A stretch of DNA of 22,410 nt from Candidatus Methylomirabilis sp. (GCA_041498975.1 JBGQJI010000032.1:1-22410), one strand, 5' to 3'; shown: positions 1-9,470, counted from the first letter of the stretch. Translations and numbers: made by a program. Notes: generated by a model not told the origin, from the sequence alone.

Positions 1-40
1 ATATCCCGTTTGAGGGTTGTGAACACTCGATGCTCGCGAC

Positions 41-247
41 TCAGTTTCTGACGCTAACGGTCTCGTTCAACTCTTGCAGCAACTGCTCAAGGTTCACGCC
101 ATGGACCCGGGCGCCGTGGGCGATGTCGTCGTATTCGGCCGCCGAGCATCCCAGACAGCCGACGCCGTAGCGACTAAAGACCTCGACGGTCTCCGGGTAC
201 TGTCGCACCACATTGTCGATCTTCATCTCCGCGGTGACCCTCATCAT
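41..247 (-). CDS. DUF1858 / hybrid-cluster-associated redox disulfide domain protein
   Basis: 68 aa. Pattern VTAEMKIDNVV..YPETVEVF..YG..CLGC...HGVNLEQLL.ELN with a CxxC. GGAGG RBS upstream on the minus strand. Start may be 244. Confidence 0.85.
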   Translation of the reverse strand: MMRVTAEMKIDNVVRQYPETVEVFSRYGVGCLGCSAAEYDDIAHGARVHGVNLEQLLQELNETVSVRN

Positions 248-471
248 CCTGCCTCCTTTGAAGAATCCCTCCAGTAAGCTGGGGGGGGATTCTTCGAACC
301 GAGTGGAACCTAATCGATCTGCATTCGTGCGCCTTGCCTCCCCAGCACGCTGGGGAGATTACGGCGCGCTAGGCGTTTTCAGAGGAACCACCGGTCTGGC
401 TCGCGCTTGACGCTCACAACCACGTGCGGACACCGCGAGCTCGGAAAACTTTCGAGCGGTAACTACCGATC

Positions 472-500
472 ATGATAGGGTCGACCGTGACTGATGGCAA
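472..500 (-). promoter_or_regulatory. Sigma70-type promoter for the DUF1858 gene leader
   Basis: Minus strand TTGCCA (500-495), 17 nt spacer, TATCAT (477-472). Confidence 0.55.
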
Positions 501-526
501 GGGAATTTTTCTCGTGGAGTTTGGTG

Positions 527-555
527 TTGACTTCCGGCCCTCGATCCGATAGCCT
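527..555 (+). promoter_or_regulatory. Sigma70-type promoter for nth
   Basis: TTGACT (527-532), 17 nt spacer, TAGCCT (550-555). Confidence 0.45.
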
Positions 556-599
556 CCAGTCGCCCACCTCTTACCCGCATCGGGAATGCGAGCATCAAG

Positions 600-1256
600 A
601 TGCCCTCAACCACCCTCATCGGCAAGATTCATTCAGCCCTGGAACGCCATTACGGCCCGAAGCGGGCGGGCAGGGCTCGCCGCAACCCCCTCGATGAGCT
701 CATCTCTACGATCCTTTCTCAAAATACGAGTGACATCAACAGCCATCGAGCGTTTCAGATGCTCCGCCGGGTGACGCCCACATGGGAGGAGGCGCACCGG
801 GCCTCGGAGCGGAAGGTGGCCGAGGCGATCGATTCAGGAGGATTGGCCAAGTTGAAGGCCGCGCGCATCAAGGCGATCCTGAGCCAGATCCATCGGGAAC
901 AGGGCCACTTCGATCTCACCTTCCTCCGAGACCTGAGCGTCGAGGAGGTGAAAGCCTACCTCTCCCGCTTCAAGGGGATCGGTCCCAAGACAGTCGCCTG
1001 CGTCTTGCTGTTTTCGCTCGGTAAACCGGCCTTCCCCGTTGACACGCATGTCCGTCGAGTCGCGAGCCGCCTCGGCCTGGTGAGCGCGAAGGCCAGCCCC
1101 GATAAAACCCAGGCCTTGCTTGAGTCGATGGTACCGCCTGCCCTCTACTATTCCATGCACATGAACATGGTGGAGCACGGCCGGAAGACTTGCAAGGCTC
1201 GGGCGCCCCTCTGTCACGCCTGTCCGCTATTCAAGCTCTGCGCCTACGTCCGATGA
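600..1256 (+). CDS. nth: Endonuclease III family HhH-GPD DNA glycosylase
   Basis: ILSQNTSD, HhH motif FKGIGPKT, FPVDTHV, and C-terminal [4Fe-4S] motif C-x6-C-x2-C-x5-C. Confidence 0.9.
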   Translation: MPSTTLIGKIHSALERHYGPKRAGRARRNPLDELISTILSQNTSDINSHRAFQMLRRVTPTWEEAHRASERKVAEAIDSGGLAKLKAARIKAILSQIHREQGHFDLTFLRDLSVEEVKAYLSRFKGIGPKTVACVLLFSLGKPAFPVDTHVRRVASRLGLVSAKASPDKTQALLESMVPPALYYSMHMNMVEHGRKTCKARAPLCHACPLFKLCAYVR

Positions 1257-2776
1257 GACCGGGCTCCCTCCTCGGGCCGGACGAGCTACGGCGCGACCCA
1301 TACATTCGGGCCGCGGAAGAGGCCGCGGCTGCAGGCGGGTTCGGCCCCCTCTACCTGGTCGGGGGGTACCTGCGTGATCTTCTGCTCGGCCGCACCAGTG
1401 CGGCGCGGATCGACCTCGATCTGGTGATCTGGGGGGAGCCGCAGGCGTTCGGCCGCGCCGTCGCCAAGACCTTCGATGGAACTCTCCTCCCGATTGATCT
1501 CGAAACGGTCCGGGTGCTTGGCCGCCGCGCAGGAACGCTGGTCCGGGTGGATATCGCCCGGCCAAAAGGCGGGACGATCGAGCTCGATCTCTCCGCCCGC
1601 GACTTCACCGTCAATGCCCTGGCAGTCAGGATCGATCGGTTGGGGTCGGACACCACAGCGGTCATCGTCGATCCATCGGGTGGGAGGGAGGATCTGAGGC
1701 GGGGGTGTCTCCGGGCCCTCTCGCCATCGGCATTGGATCGGGATCCGCTACGCCTGTTCAGAGCTGTCCGGCTGGCTGGTGAGCTCGCTTTCACCATTGA
1801 AGAGGGCACGAGGCATGCGATCATCGAGCGGGCATCGCTTCTTGCCGCCGTCGCCGGGGAGCGTTTGCGCGATGAGGTGTTCAGGGTCCTCGGGATGCTC
1901 CATGCGGCGCCCTCCATCGAATGCCTCGACACCCTGCGGCTTCTGGGCGTGCTGGTCCCGGAGGTCGAAGCACTCAAGTCGGTTCCGGCCAGCCCCCCGC
2001 ATCGTCTTCCCCTGTGGGAGCACTCCATGGAGACCTTGCGGTCCGTCGAACTGCTCTTGAGTCACCTCGGGCGATTCTTCCCCGAGGACGCCCCCTGGCT
2101 GAGAGATCGGCTTGACCGGGAGATCGAGGCAGGGGTTACCGAGGCGGCGATCCTCAAGCTGATGGGGCTCCTGCACGACCTCGGCAAGCCGCAGACGCGA
2201 AGCATCCACCCGAATGGACGAGTCCGGTTTCTCGGGCATGAGGAGGCGGGACTGCCAATCCTCGAACGCCTGTGCGAACGCCTTCGCTTGGGCCGGCAGG
2301 CAACCACCCTCATCGGGCAGATCGAACGGCATCACCTTCGACCGCTCCACCTGTCGCGCGAGGCGGCGGTGTCCGCCGGGGCCAAGTATCGCCTTTTTCG
2401 GGAGTTGGGCGATGCCGCTCCTGGTGTGCTGCTGCACTCCTGGGCCGACCTGCGGGCCACAATTGGGGAAGATGCCGAGGAGTTCAGCCGTCATCAGATC
2501 CTGGTGGGGGAGCTGTTCCGCTTCTACCGAGGGGAGTATCTCGGGAGCCAGGCAACCCCGCTCGTTCGTGGAGACCATCTGATGCAGACCTTCGGGGTTC
2601 CGCCCGGCCCGTTCCTGGGAATGGTCCTCGATCGGCTCCGCGAGGCACAAGCAACAGGGCTCATCATGAGCCGCGAGGAGGGGCTGGTCTACGTCCAGCA
2701 ACACCTCGATTCTTGGCGGCGAGCCTTCGAAGAATCACCCGCATCCCGCTCACCCGCGCGGGGCGAAATCGATTGA
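1253..2776 (+). CDS. Class II tRNA nucleotidyltransferase with HD domain, probably CC-adding
   Basis: LVGGYLRD..DLD, RDFTVNA, DPLRLFR, ERLRDE, LLHDLGK. The ATG at 1253 overlaps the nth stop (ATGA). Confidence 0.88.
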   Translation: MRPGSLLGPDELRRDPYIRAAEEAAAAGGFGPLYLVGGYLRDLLLGRTSAARIDLDLVIWGEPQAFGRAVAKTFDGTLLPIDLETVRVLGRRAGTLVRVDIARPKGGTIELDLSARDFTVNALAVRIDRLGSDTTAVIVDPSGGREDLRRGCLRALSPSALDRDPLRLFRAVRLAGELAFTIEEGTRHAIIERASLLAAVAGERLRDEVFRVLGMLHAAPSIECLDTLRLLGVLVPEVEALKSVPASPPHRLPLWEHSMETLRSVELLLSHLGRFFPEDAPWLRDRLDREIEAGVTEAAILKLMGLLHDLGKPQTRSIHPNGRVRFLGHEEAGLPILERLCERLRLGRQATTLIGQIERHHLRPLHLSREAAVSAGAKYRLFRELGDAAPGVLLHSWADLRATIGEDAEEFSRHQILVGELFRFYRGEYLGSQATPLVRGDHLMQTFGVPPGPFLGMVLDRLREAQATGLIMSREEGLVYVQQHLDSWRRAFEESPASRSPARGEID

Positions 2777-2801
2777 CAAGCTACCTTGGTTTTGCTAGAC
2801 A
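2773..2801 (+). promoter_or_regulatory. Promoter for tRNA-Gly
   Basis: TTGACA (2773-2778), 17 nt spacer, TAGACA (2796-2801) preceded by TGn, ending 10 nt before the tRNA. Confidence 0.55.
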
Positions 2802-2810
2802 GAAAGGGGC

Positions 2811-2885
<75 letters not shown>

Positions 2886-2897
2886 TAGTAAATCACT

Positions 2898-2932
2898 GGG
2901 GTCGCGACGCCTTCGCGACCCCTTTGCTGTTT
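2898..2932 (+). terminator. Intrinsic terminator after tRNA-Gly
   Basis: Perfect 10-bp stem GGGGTCGCGA/TCGCGACCCC with a 5-nt loop, followed by TTTGCTGTTT. Confidence 0.7.
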
Positions 2933-2961
2933 ATGGGACGAACCTTTGGCGAGAATGCTTG

Positions 2962-3783
2962 ATGCCTCGTGGGTATGGAAGTCACGCGGACTACATGCTG
3001 TGGGTCAAGAGCGATGCGGACCATCGTCAAGCTCTTATAGAGCAAGCTCTTCGGCAAGGTTTCTCCGACTTCATAGAAAGGCGAGATGTCGATGTGGTAG
3101 TTTTTTCTGGAATGAGCGCCCTCAGCCTGTCAAAGGCTATTCTTGCTCAACCCTTAGTCCTAAAGGCCCTTCTGGCATCATGCAATATCGCAGCCCGCGC
3201 GATCGAAAGGGATCTTGGGATCAAGAACGTCGACACCTATAGTCCCAGGGTTAGTAGAGACGAAGCGAAGGTACTGGCTGGATACATCAAGCCTTTCCTG
3301 CCCGCTTATCTCGAAATCCCCACCCTTGCTTGTATCGACCGTGTGGCTTTCATCGATAAAGAGATTCGGAAAGGTAAGGGGAGATGGGAACGGAAAATCG
3401 TCGAGGCGCTTAACAGTTTTGCACGATTGCGATTCAGAAAGCGATCCTTCACCGTGGGCGGCGAGCGATTCGAATTGGACGCGGCCGCCCCGCCCTCTGG
3501 GGATATTGAGTTAGGGATTGACGTAAAGCGAATAGAGGCCAGGAGGGACATCCACAAGCGGTGTGATGAAATCGTGAACAAGGCGGCGAAGTTGAAAGCT
3601 GCTTTTCCAATGAGCAAGTTTGGGGCGGTAGTGTATTATCCGTTTATAGATGAGCAGGTGAATATCCAGAACCGCCTTCGATCTGGTAATATCGACAGCA
3701 TAGTCTTCGCTTCTCAGGAAGACGAGTCGATAGAGAATGCTGTGCGGATGTTGCTTTCAATCTTGCGTGGCTCAAGGAAATGA
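2962..3783 (+). CDS. Putative type II restriction endonuclease (PD-(D/E)xK-like)
   Basis: WERKI...FELDAA...GIDVKR resembles an E..D..DxK nuclease core, and the stop overlaps the MTase start. The ORF-track start at 2833 lies inside the tRNA, so ATG 2962 is preferred. Confidence 0.6.
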   Translation: MPRGYGSHADYMLWVKSDADHRQALIEQALRQGFSDFIERRDVDVVVFSGMSALSLSKAILAQPLVLKALLASCNIAARAIERDLGIKNVDTYSPRVSRDEAKVLAGYIKPFLPAYLEIPTLACIDRVAFIDKEIRKGKGRWERKIVEALNSFARLRFRKRSFTVGGERFELDAAAPPSGDIELGIDVKRIEARRDIHKRCDEIVNKAAKLKAAFPMSKFGAVVYYPFIDEQVNIQNRLRSGNIDSIVFASQEDESIENAVRMLLSILRGSRK

Positions 3784-4721
3784 ACGTTACAACAACTCAC
3801 CATCGGCTCATTGAAGGGGATGCACGCGACCTTTCTTTCCTGGCGGATGAAAGTTTGCATTTGGTAGTGACGTCGCCGCCGTATTGGACCCTGAAACGGT
3901 ATCGCGAGACCCCGAATCAGCTAGGTCACGTCGCCGATTACGAGATCTTCATCGAGGAACTAACGAAGGTTTGGCGCGAGTGTTTGAGGGTTCTGGTCCC
4001 CGGTGGCAGGCTAGTCTGTGTCGTCGGCGATGTCTGTCTCTCTCGCCGCCTGCATGGGCGTCATGTTGTAGTCCCGCTTCACGCCGACATCGCCGTGTCG
4101 TGCAGAAAGATCGGGTTCGATAATTTGAATCCGATTATCTGGAATAAAATATCTAATGCCAATTACGAAGTGAACAGAGGATCGAAATTTCTCGGCAAAC
4201 CATATGAACCGAATGCAATAATAAAAAATGACATAGAGTTTCTTTTGATGCAACGTAAACCGGGAGGGTACCGAAAGCCGACTCAGGAGCAGCGCCGACT
4301 GAGCATGATTGAGAAGAAAGAGTATGAGAAATGGTTTCAGCAGTCGTGGAAGCTCACTGGTGCTTCTACCAAGAACCACCCCGCTCCGTTCCCTCTTGAG
4401 CTCGCGTATCGGTTGGTCCGCATGTTTTCATTCTACGGAGACACAGTCTTGGACCCGTTTTGTGGCACGGGGACCACTATGCTAGCGGCGATGAAAACCG
4501 GTAGGAACAGTATCGGGGTAGAGATCGACCCGAAGTACTGCGAAATGACCTTACACCGCTTGGGTTTGGAGGCCACCGGACTATTCAGCATGGAGGAGAT
4601 CGAATTCGCCAGGGCCGATGACTTGACTTCGAAGCAAACAGAAGCCTTTCCGGGAGCCGTTGTCCGTTCTCCGTCAGTTAAATGGAAGAGCAAGGGAAAA
4701 GCCAAAAGACAAAAGAAGTAA
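3780..4721 (+). CDS. Site-specific DNA methyltransferase, amino-MTase beta class (probably N4-mC)
   Basis: Catalytic motif IV TSPPY precedes HPAPFP and SAM-binding motif I VLDPFCGTGTT. Confidence 0.92.
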   Translation: MNVTTTHHRLIEGDARDLSFLADESLHLVVTSPPYWTLKRYRETPNQLGHVADYEIFIEELTKVWRECLRVLVPGGRLVCVVGDVCLSRRLHGRHVVVPLHADIAVSCRKIGFDNLNPIIWNKISNANYEVNRGSKFLGKPYEPNAIIKNDIEFLLMQRKPGGYRKPTQEQRRLSMIEKKEYEKWFQQSWKLTGASTKNHPAPFPLELAYRLVRMFSFYGDTVLDPFCGTGTTMLAAMKTGRNSIGVEIDPKYCEMTLHRLGLEATGLFSMEEIEFARADDLTSKQTEAFPGAVVRSPSVKWKSKGKAKRQKK

Positions 4722-4978
4722 ACATGCGTCTTCTCTCGAACTCGCGGGCGTCATTCTCACCTGCTGCGCCATTGCATTAAGGGGTGCCCTAGCCAATTCC
4801 GACCTCAGGTTTCGATCCCGTAAAACTCGAGCAGAACTAATGTCGAGATATTGGAAGGGGATCACCAGCCTGGGACGTGAAATCAGGACAATGCCTAGTT
4901 CTTCATGAATTTGGTGAAGTATAAGCAAATACACAGTGTAAAATCGGAAACTGGAGAAGCGGACGGGGAACATCAAAA

Positions 4979-5719
4979 ATGGATGTAGAAACCGTTTCCA
5001 TCCTTCGGTGTCTCTGGGATCTTGCTTGCATCAAGCAAAACTCGGGGGCATTCAATGTCCTCTTCGCGGGTACTGTTGCCGTTTCTACTGTTTTCTATGC
5101 AATCTTGACCTTCGTACTTGTTTGGGAAACGAGGAGATTGCGCAAAGTTCAAACTGAGCCAAAAATTTCCGTTTATATTGAACCTGAAGAGCGATGGTTG
5201 AACCTGATCGATTTAGTTATTAAGAATATAGGCCAAGGACCTGCCTATGATCTTAGATTCACATGTCCTGAAGATTTTAAGCTGAGTCCAAAACGCGAAA
5301 AGACCCTCTCATCTCTCTCATTCTTAAGAGGCATCGATTACCTTGCCCCCGAACAGAGGATTCGAACTTTCTTGACAGATGCGGTTTACATTCTGGGCCA
5401 GCAGACGGCCCGATCCTTTCAGATTACTGCCACATACCGCAACGCCCCAAATGGAAAAGGCAGAGGATTTCAGGAAACTTTCAACATCGATTTTGATCAA
5501 CTGAGGGGTTTTGAAGTAATTGGAGAACCTCCACTGTACTCGATTGCAAAAAATGTCAAAGAGCTGAAGGAGGTAGCAGACCTAATCGCGTCTGGCTCGA
5601 CCCGTATTAAGGTCGAGCTTTGGTCGCAAGAAGACTTGGCTGAGGAGGAAAGGGCTCGATTAGAGAGCTTTAAGCAGCTTGAGAAGGAAATGGAAAAGCA
5701 GGAGGGCACTTCTACCTAA
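4979..5719 (+). CDS. Hypothetical membrane-anchored protein
   Basis: 246-aa AT-rich ORF with a hydrophobic helix (VAVSTVFYAILTFVLVW), a beta-rich region containing IKNIGQGPA, and a charged C-terminal helix. Confidence 0.7.
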   Translation: MDVETVSILRCLWDLACIKQNSGAFNVLFAGTVAVSTVFYAILTFVLVWETRRLRKVQTEPKISVYIEPEERWLNLIDLVIKNIGQGPAYDLRFTCPEDFKLSPKREKTLSSLSFLRGIDYLAPEQRIRTFLTDAVYILGQQTARSFQITATYRNAPNGKGRGFQETFNIDFDQLRGFEVIGEPPLYSIAKNVKELKEVADLIASGSTRIKVELWSQEDLAEEERARLESFKQLEKEMEKQEGTST

Positions 5720-5834
5720 AGTCTTGAATCATAACCCTAGAAAGTGCTGACGCTTGGGGCATTGAACGAGCTTGGTAAAGGCGAATGATGCACCGCCTGC
5801 TTCCGGCCAAATAGAAACGAGGAAGCATCATCGG

Positions 5835-5863
5835 TTGACACTAGGCGCTGTTGCTCGTAAACT
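5835..5863 (+). promoter_or_regulatory. Sigma70-type promoter for pfp
   Basis: TTGACA (5835-5840), 17 nt spacer, TAAACT (5858-5863). Confidence 0.6.
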
Positions 5864-5934
5864 GAATCTGCAAACGATTTCAGGCGTCCTTGTTCTCATG
5901 CAGCAGCATTCTTGCTGCGTCCAAAGGGAATCTC

Positions 5935-7197
5935 ATGAAAACGCTGGCCATTCTGGTTGGGGGCGGTCCTGCGCCGGGCATTAACGGCGTCATCGCTGCT
6001 GCGACCATCCAGGCGCGCAATCGAGGGGTGCGCGTCCTCGGGTGCTACGATGGGTTCAAGTGGCTTGCTCGAGGGGACACAAGCCATGTGGTCGATCTGG
6101 AAATCGCCGAGGTCTCACGGATCCATTTCGATGGGGGGTCCATCCTGCGAACATCCAGGGAGAATCCGACGAAGTCCGCCGATGCGCTTCGGAATGTGGC
6201 TGAGGCGCTCGCCAAACTGGAGGTCTCGCACCTGTTGACGATCGGGGGAGACGACACGGCCTTCGCGGCGTTCCGGCTTGGGGAGCTGGTGAAGGGTCAG
6301 ATCACCCTCGCGCATGTTCCGAAGACGATCGATAACGATCTCCCCCTCCCGCCGGAGGTTGTGACATTCGGCTTTACGACGGCGTGCAACCTCGGCAAAG
6401 ACATCGTCAAGAACCTGATGGAGGACGCGGTGACCACGGACCGTTGGTTTTTCGTCACCGTAATGGGGCGACGGGCAGGTCATCTGGCGCTTGGGATCGG
6501 GGCCGCCGCCGGGGCCACGTTGACTGTCATAGGTGAGGAATTCGCTGAACAGAAGATCCCCATCCAGGCGCCGGCCGACATCCTGGAGGGGGCGATCATC
6601 AAGCGCCGCGCCTCGGGGAAAGGGCACGGGGTCGCGATCTTGAGCGAAGGGCTCGCTGAGAAGCTCGATCCCGCCACGCTCGGGCCGGTTGAACGGGACA
6701 GTTATGGGAATGTCCGCCTCTCGGAGCTCGAGCTGGGGCGGGTGCTGAAAGACCTAGTCGCCGGCAGCCTTCGTTCGCGCGGCGTGGATATGACGATTGT
6801 GGCGAAGGATCTTGGCTACGAACTTCGGTGCGCTCCACCCGGAGGGTTTGACATCCAGTATTGTCGGAGCCTGGGCTACTGGGCCACCCATTTCCTTCTG
6901 GACGGCCACACGGAGGCCATGGTGACCATCCAAGGGGGGAAGCTGATCCCGGTCCCGTTTCAGGAAATGTTGGATCATCAAACAGGCAAGATCCGTGTCC
7001 GTTATGTCGATATCGACTCAGAGTCGTATCAGACACTCAGGGCCTACATGATCCGGCTGGAGCCCCAAGATTTTCAGACGCCCGGCCAGGCTGAGATGCT
7101 CGCGCATGCCGGGCACCTGAGCGAAACGGCATTTGTGGAGCGGTTCCGCTATTTAACCGAGGGCAGGGCTTCCGCCCCACAGCAGGGAAGAACATAA
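5935..7197 (+). CDS. pfp: Pyrophosphate-dependent phosphofructokinase
   Basis: GGGPAPGIN, GGDD and PKTIDND (the D and K that mark PPi specificity), MGR, LGYELRC. Start at ATG 5935 (MKTLAIL). Confidence 0.92.
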   Translation: MKTLAILVGGGPAPGINGVIAAATIQARNRGVRVLGCYDGFKWLARGDTSHVVDLEIAEVSRIHFDGGSILRTSRENPTKSADALRNVAEALAKLEVSHLLTIGGDDTAFAAFRLGELVKGQITLAHVPKTIDNDLPLPPEVVTFGFTTACNLGKDIVKNLMEDAVTTDRWFFVTVMGRRAGHLALGIGAAAGATLTVIGEEFAEQKIPIQAPADILEGAIIKRRASGKGHGVAILSEGLAEKLDPATLGPVERDSYGNVRLSELELGRVLKDLVAGSLRSRGVDMTIVAKDLGYELRCAPPGGFDIQYCRSLGYWATHFLLDGHTEAMVTIQGGKLIPVPFQEMLDHQTGKIRVRYVDIDSESYQTLRAYMIRLEPQDFQTPGQAEMLAHAGHLSETAFVERFRYLTEGRASAPQQGRT

Positions 7198-7347
7198 TCG
7201 ATATCCTGTGTGGCGCCCTTCGACCACAGGGCGGGTGAGGGGAACCGAGGGGCGAAAATGGTCGCGTGTGCTGAGGCGGTGTGGATTCATCGGGGATAGG
7301 AACATCGCAGTGTCTGATTGATGGGCAGGCCGCCGGAGGGCCGGGTC

Positions 7348-7641
7348 ATGAACCTTGATGGGCGCGCTGGATGGGCCGAGTACCCGGAGTTACAGGAAGC
7401 TGCGGAATTTGGCCCAATGACGTTTTATCATTACGTGACGATGAAGGGTGCGACGGTGACGATTTCCGTGATCCGGCTCGATATCAAGCAGGGAAAGCCG
7501 AATCACCGTCACGAGTACGTCGCGCGGGTGAGCAAGAAATTGAAGGGTCGGCAGATTGAGGGATATGGGCCGACGATTGAGAACGCCGTGGGCATCTGCA
7601 TTGCCCACCTGGGGAATCCTGAGCCCACAGACCTGCAGTGA
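7348..7641 (+). CDS. Hypothetical protein
   Basis: 97-aa ORF with GGAGGG RBS before ATG 7348 and plausible codon usage. Confidence 0.6.
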   Translation: MNLDGRAGWAEYPELQEAAEFGPMTFYHYVTMKGATVTISVIRLDIKQGKPNHRHEYVARVSKKLKGRQIEGYGPTIENAVGICIAHLGNPEPTDLQ

Positions 7642-7731
7642 CGGATCGCGGGCATTCTCACAAGGAAATGGGTCATCTGGATTGGATGGGGCTGTAGTGG
7701 GAACCAGCCCGACCGCAAAGGAGCCATCAGA

Positions 7732-8310
7732 ATGAGACGATCAACGCGACGCGCGCAAAACATCCTCTTGGGCCTGGTTGCCATTCTGGTCTCCTTCGCG
7801 CTCTCGAACGACTCTATCTATGCGCAAGAGGTCATCTTCGTAAAGTCGTTGGAAGAGGCAGAAAAGGCGATCGAGGAGGCCAGGGATGCCCAGGCCGACG
7901 TGTATGCGCCTGACGACTACGCCTTAGCCCTGTTTTATCTGACCCAGGCCAAGGATGAGGCGGGGGCTTACAGGGCGACGAAGGACAAGCAAGATACTCA
8001 CTTGTTCAGTGCCAGGAAGTCGGGGGAAGCGGTCAATCTGCTTGCTGAAAAGGCGAAGCACCAGGCCAAGGTGGCCACAACCAAGGGGATAGAGGTCAAG
8101 GTCGATCGCCAGATCACCGCGGTCAAGGCGCAGATCGTCGAGAGCTTCAACACGGATGTGAGTCGGAGCTTTACGCCGGGGCGGGAGGATCTCCTGGGGG
8201 AACTGAGTGTAAGGGAAGCGGAAAGGAAGGAAGCCCGCAAGGCGCGGGAGCAGGCCGAGTCCGAACTGAAAAGGTTGACGCTGGAAGGAGAGGCCAAGCC
8301 AACACCTTGA
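7732..8310 (+). CDS. Exported helical protein, DUF4398-like
   Basis: AAGGAG RBS, signal peptide, AEKAIEEARDAQADVYAPDDYALA..L..A pattern, and a coiled-coil C-terminus. Confidence 0.7.
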   Translation: MRRSTRRAQNILLGLVAILVSFALSNDSIYAQEVIFVKSLEEAEKAIEEARDAQADVYAPDDYALALFYLTQAKDEAGAYRATKDKQDTHLFSARKSGEAVNLLAEKAKHQAKVATTKGIEVKVDRQITAVKAQIVESFNTDVSRSFTPGREDLLGELSVREAERKEARKAREQAESELKRLTLEGEAKPTP

Positions 8311-8465
8311 TGAGGCGGGGGCGGACCTCTACGTGGAGCTTCCGTAACTCAGATCAAGCAGGATGCCATTCGAGCGCCTTCCCTCCTAGACCGGGCCACC
8401 GCCCGACTCGACGGTGGCTCACTCTTTTTGGCGGGGCTCGTCGCCCTGTTCCGCCAGGAAGAAAG

Positions 8466-9470
8466 GTGAAGCGCTGGCTGTGGATGATCCTAGCGGCATG
8501 GTTTGCCTTGGGCGTAGCGCTGAACTTCCGGATCGCTCGACCTGCTGGCCCCAAAACCGTCTCCCTTGTCTCACAGGCGGCCGCAGTTGATCGGGCTCCC
8601 CCATCATCCGCTGGGGCGAAGGAGCCAGGCGAGGGCGTGCTGAGCTTCGATGTGGAGCCCGATGACGTGGAAATCTACCTGGATGACCACTACCTGGGTC
8701 GGGCCGACGAGCTGCGCGGACGCTCGATCGAAGGAATCCTTTCTGGGAACAGGTTAGTCGAGCTGAGGCTGGGGGTCGAGCGGACCTTCTTGCAGATCGT
8801 GGTCCCGGTCCACGGAACCAGGACCATTCAAGTGAGTCTTGCTCCGCCTCTACTAGGGGGTTCCGCGCCAACTCGTTATAGTCCGCCGGAAACCAAAGAA
8901 CCCGCTCCGGCGCGGTCTTTCTCTCCGCCAACACGATCGGGCGCTTCAAGTGAATCGCTTGAGGGGGGACCCCGATATGCTGTCCCTTACGACGAGACAT
9001 TAGGTAGGCAACTTCTGGTCTCAATTGAGCGGGGTAGGCATTACGATGTACTTGAGCTGTTGGGCAGGGGCGCAGACCCGAACGCAAAGGATCCTGATGG
9101 CAGAACTGCATTGATGTACGCCGCGATTAATGGACAAACGGACACAATGGAAGTCCTGATCGAGAAGGGAGCCGAAATCAATGCCAAGGATAGAGCAGGC
9201 AATACGCCCCTCCATTGTGCGGCCATGTTCGGAGACCCGAACGCAGTACAGCTATTGATCAACAAGGGTGCCGATCTGAACGCGAGGGGTGATTTGGGTT
9301 CCGACACAAGAAATGTAACGGCGCTGAAGTTGGCGAAAAAGCGCTATCAGACGGCTCCCGCTAAGCGTATGTCGGATGTGCTTGCTAGGGGTCGCCTGAT
9401 ACTGCATGCAATCAAGAGCGACTTCGAGCGGATAATGGAGATGCTAGAGAGGGCAGGGGCAGTTGAATAA
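8466..9470 (+). CDS. Membrane-anchored/exported PEGA-like domain plus ankyrin-repeat protein
   Basis: N-terminal hydrophobic helix, GVLSFDVEPDDVEIYLDDHYLG (PEGA-like), a Pro/Ser linker, and ankyrin repeats (GRTALMYAA, GNTPLHCAA, GADLNA). The ORF is open from 8307; GTG 8466 is the preferred start. Confidence 0.8.
   Translation: MKRWLWMILAAWFALGVALNFRIARPAGPKTVSLVSQAAAVDRAPPSSAGAKEPGEGVLSFDVEPDDVEIYLDDHYLGRADELRGRSIEGILSGNRLVELRLGVERTFLQIVVPVHGTRTIQVSLAPPLLGGSAPTRYSPPETKEPAPARSFSPPTRSGASSESLEGGPRYAVPYDETLGRQLLVSIERGRHYDVLELLGRGADPNAKDPDGRTALMYAAINGQTDTMEVLIEKGAEINAKDRAGNTPLHCAAMFGDPNAVQLLINKGADLNARGDLGSDTRNVTALKLAKKRYQTAPAKRMSDVLARGRLILHAIKSDFERIMEMLERAGAVE

Noticed and set aside
298..320. T-box-like GAGTGGAACC on the plus strand
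   Set aside because: No stem I motifs or terminator arrangement, and no amino-acid-related gene downstream.
4806..4822. CAGGTTTCGATCCCGT as an attR copy of the tRNA T-arm
   Set aside because: Short and mismatched, lacks the acceptor-end sequence, and no integrase is present.
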